From IMG/VR virus record IMGVR_UViG_3300017731_000001: a DNA stretch of 64,000 nt; one strand, 5' to 3'. Both the position numbers and the translations under genes were made by a program. Source of the stretch: a virus. Below are positions 28,554-36,504 of the stretch, in pieces (position 1 is the first letter of the stretch; the number at the start of each line of letters is the position of its first letter). Below the pieces are notes generated by a model that saw nothing but the letters and a program-made list of their open reading frames with translations, searched no databases and had not been told where the DNA came from.

Positions 28554-28940
28554 ATGACTGCCACCTTCACAGATTACGTTGCTCAACAGGATGCACGTAA
28601 CACCATTCAGTTGAATGTCACTAAGTATGCTCTCATGCTTTGTGATGCACTGCAACAGTCTCATCAACGTTCACATCCAAATGGTCGCAACTATTCTTAT
28701 GCACTGATTTCTGGTCGTAAGTATCACAAAGTCATGCAGTGTGTAGATGGTCAGACTGAATCAGTTCATGCCTTCATTGATAAGAAGACCGGTGAAGTTT
28801 ACAAGGCAGCATCATACAAAGCACCAGCAAAAGGTGTACGTTTCAATCTGCTAATCATCGAAGAACGTGAGTTTGTGTTGGAAAATTGTGATTGGGCAGG
28901 TGGATATCTCTATCGTAATGCATACTATCAAGGTGCATGA
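28554..28940 (+). CDS. Conserved-type phage hypothetical protein
   Basis: GRKYHKV...SVHAFIDKKTGEVYKAASYKAPAKGVRFNL; start moved downstream of the promoter. Confidence 0.75.
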   Translation: MTATFTDYVAQQDARNTIQLNVTKYALMLCDALQQSHQRSHPNGRNYSYALISGRKYHKVMQCVDGQTESVHAFIDKKTGEVYKAASYKAPAKGVRFNLLIIEEREFVLENCDWAGGYLYRNAYYQGA

Positions 28941-29077
28941 TAGAATTTAATGAAGAACAATACTGTCTTATTATGGAGGCAGTAGAGGATTATGCTATGC
29001 TAGTTGATGAAGAAACCTCCTTCAAATGTGAGGAGATTAACTCTATTATTCAGGCACATCTTGATGAATTACACTAA
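28937..29077 (+). CDS. Small acidic hypothetical protein
   Basis: ATGA overlap; 46 aa by hand translation. Confidence 0.55.
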   Translation: MIEFNEEQYCLIMEAVEDYAMLVDEETSFKCEEINSIIQAHLDELH

Positions 29078-29264
29078 AGGACAACTGATTGATGCACTTG
29101 TGGCAGAGTGGGACTATCTTTGCCATGATGATTATGACCCAGAAGATCCAACACCAGAAGAATATCGTAAAGAGATGGAAGAACTTACAATCGAACAATT
29201 GATTGAAGAAACATCAACTGGTGAAGGTTACACTCTTGATGAATTTATGGAGAACCATTCATGA
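29064..29264 (+). CDS. Small acidic hypothetical protein
   Basis: MNYTKGQLIDALVAEWDYLCHDD... Confidence 0.7.
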   Translation: MNYTKGQLIDALVAEWDYLCHDDYDPEDPTPEEYRKEMEELTIEQLIEETSTGEGYTLDEFMENHS

Positions 29265-29644
29265 CACACGAATACGATCTCACGGACCAATCTGACCTTG
29301 ATATGTTGGATGAGGTTGATGGTGAGTATTACAATTGGGACCAGAATCACTCTGGTTATTTGTGGTTGACTGATGCATGTGTGGAGAAGTATGGATTAGA
29401 GAAGGGTATGGATGTAGAACCCATTGACTGGGATATTTGGGATGATGAGTATTATGCTGAATACAAAGAGAGAGGATTAAAGTGGGATTTTTATATTCAA
29501 CAATATGCCTCAGTGCATGATAAGGATGGAAAGTATCTCCGTGATTGCACTTATGAAGACTGGGAGGTATGTAAGGCAAATGGTATTAAGGAAGAAATGT
29601 TAAGTGATGAAGGTTGCGAAGTTATGGGATGGTGCGACGGATGA
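29261..29644 (+). CDS. Acidic hypothetical protein
   Basis: 127-aa ORF with ATGA overlaps on both sides. Confidence 0.7.
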   Translation: MTHEYDLTDQSDLDMLDEVDGEYYNWDQNHSGYLWLTDACVEKYGLEKGMDVEPIDWDIWDDEYYAEYKERGLKWDFYIQQYASVHDKDGKYLRDCTYEDWEVCKANGIKEEMLSDEGCEVMGWCDG

Positions 29645-29799
29645 AAGTATCATGTGATCGATGGGTTGTCTCATGGAAACGTGAGAAGAAAAATGGTTAT
29701 ACTTCAACCCAGCAGGTTGTGGTCTATGGAATCGAAAATGTTGAGCACGTCATCAACACAATGGTTCCGACAGATGAATGGAGTGTAACACCGGCATGA
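29641..29799 (+). CDS. Hypothetical protein
   Basis: MKVSCDRWVVSW...; ATGA overlap. Confidence 0.6.
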   Translation: MKVSCDRWVVSWKREKKNGYTSTQQVVVYGIENVEHVINTMVPTDEWSVTPA

Positions 29800-29891
29800 C
29801 TTCCACACACAAACTAATCTTTATAGCATCCTTTATGTGGTTTATGAATTGGGGAACACGATTAACCTATTCTCTTCTGAGTGGATTATGA
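29796..29891 (+). CDS. Small hydrophobic peptide (31 aa)
   Basis: MTSTHKLIFIASFMWFMNWGTRLTYSLLSGL; ATGA overlap. Confidence 0.5.
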   Translation: MTSTHKLIFIASFMWFMNWGTRLTYSLLSGL

Positions 29892-29905
29892 TTGAAGTTC
29901 CTCCA

Positions 29906-29934
29906 TTGACATGTGGTATAAATTAAAGTAAAAT
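29906..29934 (+). promoter_or_regulatory. Sigma70-like promoter TTGACA-N17-TAAAAT
   Basis: Near-consensus, intergenic. Confidence 0.7.
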
Positions 29935-29949
29935 AGTAACACACTTGAG

Positions 29950-30135
29950 GTGAACCCCATGGAAGAAAGACTTTTCAAAATTCAAGAGTTGAGTACAGTC
30001 GGGTGGGAGGATGTTGTTGAGGACGACAATTCTAATCGTAAATTGACTAAGGAACAATGTAATGCCAAACTGCAAGGTTATCTCGGAATTGGAATCGCAC
30101 CAGACAGACTCAGAGCAGTTATTGACAACGATTGA
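29950..30135 (+). CDS. Hypothetical protein
   Basis: 61-aa ORF after the promoter. Confidence 0.7.
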   Translation: MNPMEERLFKIQELSTVGWEDVVEDDNSNRKLTKEQCNAKLQGYLGIGIAPDRLRAVIDND

Positions 30136-30424
30136 ACTTCCGCGTGATTTCACACATCAATCTCCAAAAGGTTTCTCATATGAAGTTACAGAGCATAGAA
30201 AAAATATGCTTGCTATTTGGATTCTCAACCATGGTATGTTCTCTTATACTGATACACCTCCCCGATCAATCTGGGGATTCTATAGTACAAAGAAGAGATG
30301 CTATCATGCGCCTATTAACTCCACCAAGCACGGAGATAAGGTAGATATTAGTTCTACGACTCCATATACCGCAATGCAACTCAACCTCAACCCTCTTGAA
30401 TATGCACTATACTCCAAAAGTTGA
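30122..30424 (+). CDS. Hypothetical protein
   Basis: Likely TTG start (MTTIELPRDF); SIWGFY...YHAPINS...TPYTAM. Confidence 0.7.
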   Translation: MTTIELPRDFTHQSPKGFSYEVTEHRKNMLAIWILNHGMFSYTDTPPRSIWGFYSTKKRCYHAPINSTKHGDKVDISSTTPYTAMQLNLNPLEYALYSKS

Positions 30425-30698
30425 TGACTATGTTATTTGGAATCATAATGGTTTAGTTCATAAGGGTTGGGTATATTTTGTGGATGAACTGTATATTACG
30501 ATTGAGACTGGTATCAAACCAAAACCTAATTGTCAATATACAAAGAATGAGAAACACAAATACATTCATACACTCTTACTATGTCATCCATACTATTGGA
30601 AAGAGTTAGAGTATGTTCATACAAGGAAGAATAAGTACGGCAAAACCTTAGATGAGATGGATATATACGATCGGTTTGATAATGTTGAGGTAGATTAA
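30402..30698 (+). CDS. Hypothetical protein
   Basis: YTPKVDDYVIW...GWVYF...YITIE. Confidence 0.7.
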   Translation: MHYTPKVDDYVIWNHNGLVHKGWVYFVDELYITIETGIKPKPNCQYTKNEKHKYIHTLLLCHPYYWKELEYVHTRKNKYGKTLDEMDIYDRFDNVEVD

Positions 30699-30702
30699 AT
30701 TT

Positions 30703-31353
30703 GTGAATCCATATAAAAAGGTATTATTCCCAATACACATCTTCCAGGCTCATATCAAGGAGAATGAGTTAATTAAGGAGGAATTGTCTCATGCGATTGA
30801 GAACTATCGTGATAAGGGAGATTCAAAAGTACCCGAAGGATGGTTGACTGATAATCTACTGACATCATTTGATGCAACTAATTTTAACTTCAAACTCTTT
30901 TCTGAGAGTCATGTGACACAGAGATTGTATGAAAAATATATTCTTAAGTTCTTTGATAGACCGACAAAGGTCAATGTACTCGAAATGTGGTTTAATTATT
31001 ATAGCAATGGTGAGTATCAAGAAGTGCATACACATGTGCAACCAGATATATTTGGTATTCGACCACATTTCTCATGTATTCATTATTTAAAGTTTGATCC
31101 TGAGGTACATCAACCAGTGGTATTCAATGACCCAATCGGAATACTAAGGCAAACCAATTCAATTGAACTTGACTCTAATAACTATAATGATGAGTATGAA
31201 CCACAATTAAGAGAGGGTAGCATACTCATGTTCCCTCCATACTTGGAGCACTATGTACCAAAATCAGAACCAACACCCGACAATCCAAGAATCAGTGTGG
31301 CATTTAATATTATCCTGACAGAATACGGAGAGGACAAATTGTATGGACCTTAA
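30703..31353 (+). CDS. 2OG-Fe(II) oxygenase-like protein
   Basis: WFNYY...QEVHTH...FSCIHY...EG.ILMFPPYLEHYV...RISVAFN. Confidence 0.85.
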   Translation: MNPYKKVLFPIHIFQAHIKENELIKEELSHAIENYRDKGDSKVPEGWLTDNLLTSFDATNFNFKLFSESHVTQRLYEKYILKFFDRPTKVNVLEMWFNYYSNGEYQEVHTHVQPDIFGIRPHFSCIHYLKFDPEVHQPVVFNDPIGILRQTNSIELDSNNYNDEYEPQLREGSILMFPPYLEHYVPKSEPTPDNPRISVAFNIILTEYGEDKLYGP

Positions 31354-31822
31354 TTATATCGATCAGTTTTTTTCTGAGGAGGAGCATCAGGTTATTCATG
31401 AGTATTGTATGAGTGCAGAGTATTCATATGGTGAGAGAGATGATATGAATTTACCTGTGACGGGTATGATTCATAATATACCAGAGACAGAGTTTGTTTA
31501 TAAATTAATCAAAAAGAGGTTAAAAGATTCATCAGAGCAAGTGCAGGGTAAGAAACTCTACCGAATGTATGTGAATTGTTTTGTACCATGTGAGCGTCCA
31601 TATTTTCATACCGATGGAGAGGAAGGAATTACATTCATCTATTATCCAAATATGGGATGGGACAAAGATGATGGAGGAGAGACACAATTTCTAATGAATG
31701 ATGAACTGTATGGTATATTACCAATACCGAATCGTATGGTCGTGTTTAGTGCGAATCTATTGCATCGTGCCACAACATTCAGAAATGACCACCGATTTAC
31801 CGTCGCAATTAAATATATGTGA
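31343..31822 (+). CDS. 2OG-Fe(II) oxygenase (prolyl-hydroxylase-like)
   Basis: HTD...GGET...PNRMVVF...LHRA...R. Confidence 0.88.
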   Translation: MDLNYIDQFFSEEEHQVIHEYCMSAEYSYGERDDMNLPVTGMIHNIPETEFVYKLIKKRLKDSSEQVQGKKLYRMYVNCFVPCERPYFHTDGEEGITFIYYPNMGWDKDDGGETQFLMNDELYGILPIPNRMVVFSANLLHRATTFRNDHRFTVAIKYM

Positions 31823-31854
31823 ATAAATAAATATGGGTAAAAACTGTTTCTGTA

Positions 31855-33045
31855 ATGGCAATTAATAAAACACAAACCAAATACTTTAGTTCCGGAGAGA
31901 TTAAATTCAGTGCCATTCGGGATACTTTCGGTGATTTAGCAGGAACGAATGTAAGTGCATCTGATTATCTAAGAAATGCCGGTGATGATGTAGATTGGTC
32001 TGATGATTCTAATATCACTCCCAGAGTACCAAATGCGACAGAGAATGAGAATGTCGCGACATCATCTAATTGGAGTACATCACAATTAAGAGATTCGATT
32101 GTAGAATATAATATCACACAAAGTGGAAATGATGAAGAATTAGAATTTGCGGATACGAATGCATCACAATGGAATTCTAATTTATCAAAGAATGTTCCAA
32201 AGAGAATGGATGTGGAGGGTGTTGTTTATGCGAATGAGACCAGTAAGTATGCACTGAAGTTTAGTCAGGGAGAATATAATAATCTAACGATTAATGTACC
32301 GGACGGTGGTGCAATCTATGGTGAGGGTGGTGCTGCCGGAGGAGGAAATGGTGGTGGTGCCCTGTATATTGAGAATACTGCCAGTTATGATAATGTATCG
32401 ATCACATTAGGAAGTAATGGTCGAATATGGGCCGGAGGTGGCGGTGGAAATAGTGGGAATCCTGGAAATAGTGGTTCATCTATTAGTTGCAGTAGTACAA
32501 GTAGTGCCGGTACGCAGGTCAATAGTGGAATGAATGCCGAGCGATATTGGAATTATAGTGTAGCAGCTGCTGCATGTAGAAGTGCATATGGAAATAATGC
32601 AAAGTTAGTAAATGCTGCTCCGGTTGCCGGAACTGTAAGAAATCGTTGTCGTGGTTCAGGTGGAATAGGATTTCGTAGAGGACAAGGATGGAATGGTTTG
32701 AGTGGATATAGTTGTAATCCGTCTTGGAATTTAGATTGTAGTTTTACTAACTATAATAATATTGGTGGTGGTAGTGGAGGTTCTGGAGGTAGTGGAGGAG
32801 TCGGACAAGGATTTAGTAATCAAGGTGGACCTGGTGCCGGTAATCCTGGTAATAGTGGTAATACTAACTCATGTGCGAACTCAGGTGCAAGTAGCAGTGG
32901 AAATCCTGGAAATAGTGGTGGCACAGGAGGAACATGGGGAGTTTCGGCAGGAGGTAGTGCCGGATTTGCGATTAAGAAAAAGAGTACAAGTGTCAATCAA
33001 GGATTATCGGTTAATACTGTCAAGGGCAGTATCAGTAATATATAA
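31855..33045 (+). CDS. Glycine-rich adhesin-like virion protein (gp38-like glycine-rich motifs)
   Basis: IYGEGG..GG.GGGAL, IWAGGGGG, GNPG/GNSG repeats; late-type ATAAATA at 31823/31827. Confidence 0.65.
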   Translation: MAINKTQTKYFSSGEIKFSAIRDTFGDLAGTNVSASDYLRNAGDDVDWSDDSNITPRVPNATENENVATSSNWSTSQLRDSIVEYNITQSGNDEELEFADTNASQWNSNLSKNVPKRMDVEGVVYANETSKYALKFSQGEYNNLTINVPDGGAIYGEGGAAGGGNGGGALYIENTASYDNVSITLGSNGRIWAGGGGGNSGNPGNSGSSISCSSTSSAGTQVNSGMNAERYWNYSVAAAACRSAYGNNAKLVNAAPVAGTVRNRCRGSGGIGFRRGQGWNGLSGYSCNPSWNLDCSFTNYNNIGGGSGGSGGSGGVGQGFSNQGGPGAGNPGNSGNTNSCANSGASSSGNPGNSGGTGGTWGVSAGGSAGFAIKKKSTSVNQGLSVNTVKGSISNI

Positions 33046-33066
33046 TTGAAAGTATGATATAATAGT

Positions 33067-33405
33067 ATGATGAATGATGTGAAACTTGCGACAATTGTAT
33101 TTCATTTTCTGGATGAATTCTTTTTGCAGGAAGCATCCGGAAAGGAATGGAGTGCATCAAAGAACTGTCAAAAGGAAAGGTGGTCAATTTGTGATGAATG
33201 TGAGTATTTTGATGAACCCGAGGAGGGATGTAAGTATTGTGGATGTTATCTACCACATAAGATAAAGGATCCATTTGGTGATTGTCCATTAGATAAGTGG
33301 ATATCAAATAGTGAGCAGTGGTATGATGAGGACTATGATTATCTCAAACAATTAATTATTGAAAAGAACCCAGAACTGAAGGAGTATTTGAATGGAAACA
33401 ATTGA
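33067..33405 (+). CDS. Small Cys-rich protein (R..IC..C...C..CGC....K.....CP..KW)
   Basis: ERWSICDECEYF...GCKYCGCYLPHK...DCPLDKW. Confidence 0.75.
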   Translation: MMNDVKLATIVFHFLDEFFLQEASGKEWSASKNCQKERWSICDECEYFDEPEEGCKYCGCYLPHKIKDPFGDCPLDKWISNSEQWYDEDYDYLKQLIIEKNPELKEYLNGNN

Positions 33406-33994
33406 ACTCAAAGGTGAATATAGTGATTTTATAGGAACGTATTCTAATGTATATGATTCTAAGTTCTGTGATGGTATTATAAAGTCTTTTGATTATTATC
33501 AGGATATTGATGCAGTGTTCTGTGAAGACAATCAATTTGAGAACAGTAATGCCGGACGATTTGATTGGGCATTAGATTTGGCAGAGATGAATCCTGCAAT
33601 GAAAGATAATCAATCACAGTTATTAAATGAAACATTACAACCATGTTTTAATGAATATGTAAATGTCTTTGGTCATCTAAAGACTGTACCAATGTATTCA
33701 CTCTCACAGAAGATACAGAAGACTCCTGCCGGTGGTGGTTATCATGTCTGGCACGATGAGAACTCAAACTTAGAACAATCCAATCGATGTCTTGTATGGA
33801 TGATCTATTTGAATGATGATTATCAAGGTGGAGAAACAGAGTTTTTATATTATAAGAAAAGAATACAACCTGAGAAGGGAAAGTTACTAATATGGCCCGC
33901 AGGTATGACACATTGCCATAGAGGAGGGTTAGTCTTAGAAGGAACAAAGTATATTGCAACAGGTTGGTTCTATTTGGCAAATTACAATGGATGA
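33392..33994 (+). CDS. 2OG-Fe(II) oxygenase (prolyl 4-hydroxylase-like)
   Basis: YHVWHDE...IYLND..GGETEF...LLIWPA..TH.HRG...KYIATGW. Confidence 0.9.
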   Translation: METIELKGEYSDFIGTYSNVYDSKFCDGIIKSFDYYQDIDAVFCEDNQFENSNAGRFDWALDLAEMNPAMKDNQSQLLNETLQPCFNEYVNVFGHLKTVPMYSLSQKIQKTPAGGGYHVWHDENSNLEQSNRCLVWMIYLNDDYQGGETEFLYYKKRIQPEKGKLLIWPAGMTHCHRGGLVLEGTKYIATGWFYLANYNG

Positions 33995-34283
33995 TAATAA
34001 CAAGGACGCACAGAGTGCTCATCCCCAGGGGGAAGAGTTTCCTACAATTAAGGAACAAGGAAAGAGTCTTGCAAAGTTTACATTTGAAGTGGTCAAGGAT
34101 GGTGTATTAAATCTATCACCAGGAGAAGTATTCGCAAGTGATGAATTAAAAAAAGAACGATTGGATATATGTAAGAAGTGTGAGTATTATAGTATGAGAC
34201 AGAATAGATGTAAACACTGTGGTTGTTGGTTAGAACATAAGGTTAAGTTCAAGGTAAGTGAGTGTCCTATCTACAAATGGTGA
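33987..34283 (+). CDS. Small Cys-rich protein, paralogue of 33067-33405
   Basis: ERLDICKKCEYY...RCKHCGCWLEHK...ECPIYKW; start set to MDDNNK. Confidence 0.75.
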   Translation: MDDNNKDAQSAHPQGEEFPTIKEQGKSLAKFTFEVVKDGVLNLSPGEVFASDELKKERLDICKKCEYYSMRQNRCKHCGCWLEHKVKFKVSECPIYKW

Positions 34284-34496
34284 ATGATAATGAATGAGAT
34301 AGTTAAGGTATGGAAGTATACTCTGGGTAGTTTTAATGATGAAAAGACTGAGAGATATGATAATATTATTTGTATTCTAAGAACGGGTATATTACTGACT
34401 TATCTGTTGACGAATGTCTTTATTGTGGCAGGAGTGGTGAGACACTGGAATTCAGTTAAAAGTGTATCCATTGATACAGAATACATTAAAAAATAG
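34284..34496 (+). CDS. Small membrane protein
   Basis: WKYTLGSF...single hydrophobic helix...VRHW. Confidence 0.7.
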   Translation: MIMNEIVKVWKYTLGSFNDEKTERYDNIICILRTGILLTYLLTNVFIVAGVVRHWNSVKSVSIDTEYIKK

Positions 34497-34540
34497 GTTT
34501 TAAATATGATTATAAATATAAAACTCTTTTTTAACAAGGT

Positions 34541-34601
34541 TGTGGAAAAGTGTATTATTTGTGTGGATAAACCCTTATATTAGTTGTTTATCTGTGGAAA
34601 A
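34541..34601 (-). promoter_or_regulatory. Three co-oriented DnaA boxes
   Basis: TGTGGAAAA 34541-49, TGTGGATAA 34562-70, TGTGGAAAA 34593-601 (TTTTCCACA/TTATCCACA on the minus strand) in an AT-rich intergenic region. Confidence 0.65.
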
Positions 34602-34611
34602 CTATGAGTAT

Positions 34612-34700
34612 AGTATCTTCCAAGTATCTTCCAAGTATCTTCTAAGTATCTCTTAAACCTTAGATCTAATATCTTTAAGTATCTCATAAACCTCACATCT
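34612..34700. repeat. 11-bp tandem repeat AGTATCTTC(C/T)A (three copies plus degenerate ones) and a ~25-bp imperfect duplication
   Basis: agtatcttcca agtatcttcca agtatcttcta agtatctctta; taagtatctcttaaaccttagatct vs taagtatctcataaacctcacatct. Confidence 0.9.
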
Positions 34701-34715
34701 TATGCAAGTTTAGCG

Positions 34716-34744
34716 AGCGTATCATGGAGAGCGCGGTTTGTCAA
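34716..34744 (-). promoter_or_regulatory. Minus-strand sigma70-like promoter TTGACA-N17-TACGCT (extended -10)
   Basis: Reverse complement of 34716-34744; points into the repeat/DnaA-box region. Confidence 0.55.
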
Positions 34745-34845
34745 CCCACGGGACGCGAAATTTTTCTCGACGAGACATAAATTGTAACATAAAGACATCT
34801 TATAGTATAAATATATTGATTATAAATCTCGTCTAGATCTTACAT

Positions 34846-34875
34846 TTGACATAGAACGAGATTACATGATATAAT
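34846..34875 (+). promoter_or_regulatory. Sigma70-like promoter TTGACA-N18-TATAAT (extended -10)
   Basis: Consensus boxes; divergent from the 34716-34744 promoter. Confidence 0.7.
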
Positions 34876-34902
34876 CATACAATAGATATCTCGACGAGAA
34901 CC

Positions 34903-35082
34903 ATGAACGACTACGAGACATTCTACATATGGGACTACGAGACATCATGTCATGATACTCGCGACGAGATGTATATGCTCGACGAGATGCATCATGATAC
35001 ACAATACACATATGATCTAGATGATGAATATGCACGAGATAGCACAGACTATCAGGCACTTGCATATAGACATTACGCATGA
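34903..35082 (+). CDS. Small acidic Tyr/Asp-rich ORF (59 aa) overlapping the ACGAGA array
   Basis: MNDYETFYIWDYETSCHDTRDEMYMLDEM...DYQALAYRHYA. Confidence 0.5.
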   Translation: MNDYETFYIWDYETSCHDTRDEMYMLDEMHHDTQYTYDLDDEYARDSTDYQALAYRHYA

Positions 35083-35112
35083 TATAATACGTAAACATCA
35101 CACGAGATACAC

Positions 35113-35265
35113 ATGTACGCACAGAAACGAATTGTGAGTGTTACATTAGACATTGAGTGTTATGAAGATCTAGATGTAGAGAATATCGATTGGACTGATA
35201 TTCTAGGTCTAGAAGGTGATGAACATATTGACATTAGTATAAAAGAAACAGTTAACAACTACTAG
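35113..35265 (+). CDS. Small acidic hypothetical protein (50 aa)
   Basis: MYAQKRIVSVTLDIECYEDLD...; preceded by TTGCAT(35060)-N17-TATAAT. Confidence 0.65.
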   Translation: MYAQKRIVSVTLDIECYEDLDVENIDWTDILGLEGDEHIDISIKETVNNY

Positions 35266-35266
35266 T

Positions 35267-35363
35267 GTGTCAGTTTGTAGATTGGCACACTTAAAACTAG
35301 TGTCTTGTGCCAATCGAACTAGTGTCACACGAGGCGGCCACAGACCTGAAAATCGTGTATTGT
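35267..35363 (+). promoter_or_regulatory. Tandem pair of palindrome motifs (35267-88, 35307-28) plus -10-like TATTGT
   Basis: GTGTCAGT-TTGTAG-ATTGGCAC and GTGCCAAT-CGAACT-AGTGTCAC; 29 nt from the second to TATTGT. Confidence 0.75.
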
Positions 35364-35388
35364 AGTTAAGTCATCAGAAATTCACCAA

Positions 35389-35628
35389 ATGCAAGGTTAC
35401 AACGGTTGGGCAAATTGGGAGACCTGGAATGTTGCTCTCTGGATCGGAAATGATCCTGGTTTGTATGAACTGGCATGTGAAACTGCAAGGGATGGTGGAA
35501 CTTATGGTCACCTGGTAAGTATGATTCTCGATTGTGGAAGTAAAGAAACACCAGACGGATGTAAGTGGGACGATGTAAAGATAGACGGAATCGAGGTTAA
35601 TAACATGATGAAAGAACTTATAGACTAA
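35389..35628 (+). CDS. Conserved-type phage hypothetical protein (YNGW.NWETWNVALW)
   Basis: 79-aa ORF; stop codon supplied by the TAAGTAACAC repeat. Confidence 0.75.
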   Translation: MQGYNGWANWETWNVALWIGNDPGLYELACETARDGGTYGHLVSMILDCGSKETPDGCKWDDVKIDGIEVNNMMKELID

Positions 35629-35710
35629 GTAACACTCAGGTCAGCTGACCGTGGACAGTCGGACTAGTGTCACAAGGTTTCGGCACAGACCTCAAAACCG
35701 TGTATTGTAG
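35623..35710 (+). repeat. 88-bp direct repeat copy 1 (gene-end motif + palindrome + promoter)
   Basis: 78/88 identical to 36395-36482 by manual alignment. Confidence 0.9.
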
Positions 35711-35736
35711 TTTCAAGTCAAACAATTTTCATCAAA

Positions 35737-35886
35737 ATGGATTACGACACTTTCGACACTGACATTTTCTCTGAGATTAATGACATGCCAGGAGAGATTT
35801 ATGATGTGATTGAATACAAGGAAGAAGGAGAAGATGATAAGAAGTTTGATGTGGAAGAATATATTGAAGGAAATACAGACTACTAA
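35737..35886 (+). CDS. Very acidic mini-protein (49 aa)
   Basis: MDYDTFDTDIFSEINDMPGEIYDV...GNTDY; stop supplied by the TAAGTAACAC repeat. Confidence 0.7.
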   Translation: MDYDTFDTDIFSEINDMPGEIYDVIEYKEEGEDDKKFDVEEYIEGNTDY

Positions 35887-35921
35887 GTAACACTCACTCA
35901 TTCACCCTATCTAACACTACC

Positions 35922-36077
35922 ATGACCGAACTTGAAATGCAAGCAATTGAAGTCCTTGAAATCGTTGAGGATTCAGTAGAATACATTTGTGCCGAAAATG
36001 TTATCAGTGGAGAAAAGGTCTGGACTATGATAGCAGCACTTGCAGATGCCAAACTTGCACAATTCCCTGATAATTGA
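35922..36077 (+). CDS. Small hypothetical protein (51 aa)
   Basis: MTELEMQAIEVLEIVEDSVEYIC...SGEKVW; followed by GACTAAGTAACACTCA. Confidence 0.7.
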   Translation: MTELEMQAIEVLEIVEDSVEYICAENVISGEKVWTMIAALADAKLAQFPDN

Positions 36078-36113
36078 GAGACTAAGTAACACTCACCTCA
36101 CTTCATTCAAATC

Positions 36114-36404
36114 ATGAACTACACTCTCAAGCAACTTCAAGACCGTGTTAATAGTATGATCAAAGAACAGGGAGAAGATGCAGAATGTGCCGCATGGATT
36201 TATACCAAGGAAGATATTCATATGAAGGATGAAAATGGTGAGGTTGATTATGATATTGAGGTAAATGATCCTACACTTGTTGCACGTATCTTTGATGATG
36301 TTGGGCAGATAGATTACATCTACACCATGATTCAAGACTGTGTGGATGAGGTTACAGAGGAGCAACTAATGTTACAACAGCAGGAATTAGTGGAGACTAA
36401 GTAA
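36114..36404 (+). CDS. Hypothetical protein
   Basis: 96-aa ORF ending inside the repeat (ACT AAG TAA). Confidence 0.75.
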   Translation: MNYTLKQLQDRVNSMIKEQGEDAECAAWIYTKEDIHMKDENGEVDYDIEVNDPTLVARIFDDVGQIDYIYTMIQDCVDEVTEEQLMLQQQELVETK

Positions 36405-36482
36405 CACTCAGGTCCGCTGCCCGTGGACGGTTGAGTTAGTGTCACACGATTTTGGCACAGACCTCAAAACCGTGTATTGTAG
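36395..36482 (+). repeat. 88-bp direct repeat copy 2
   Basis: See copy 1; contains TGGACGGT-TGAGTT-AGTGTCAC and TATTGT. Confidence 0.9.
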
Positions 36483-36504
36483 AAGGGTGAAAAAAATCAA
36501 CCAA

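Larger units (their letters stand above)
34770..35107. repeat. Dispersed ACGAGA array (9 direct, 1 inverted)
   Basis: Copies at 34770, 34856, 34894, 34913, 34937, 34964, 34982, 35034, 35102; inverted at 34827. Confidence 0.8.

Noticed and set aside
23770-36504. ORF-track starts at 23770, 26024, 28518 and 36439
   Set aside because: They begin within or upstream of the promoter modules; downstream ATGs (23818, 26126, 28554, 36505) fit better.
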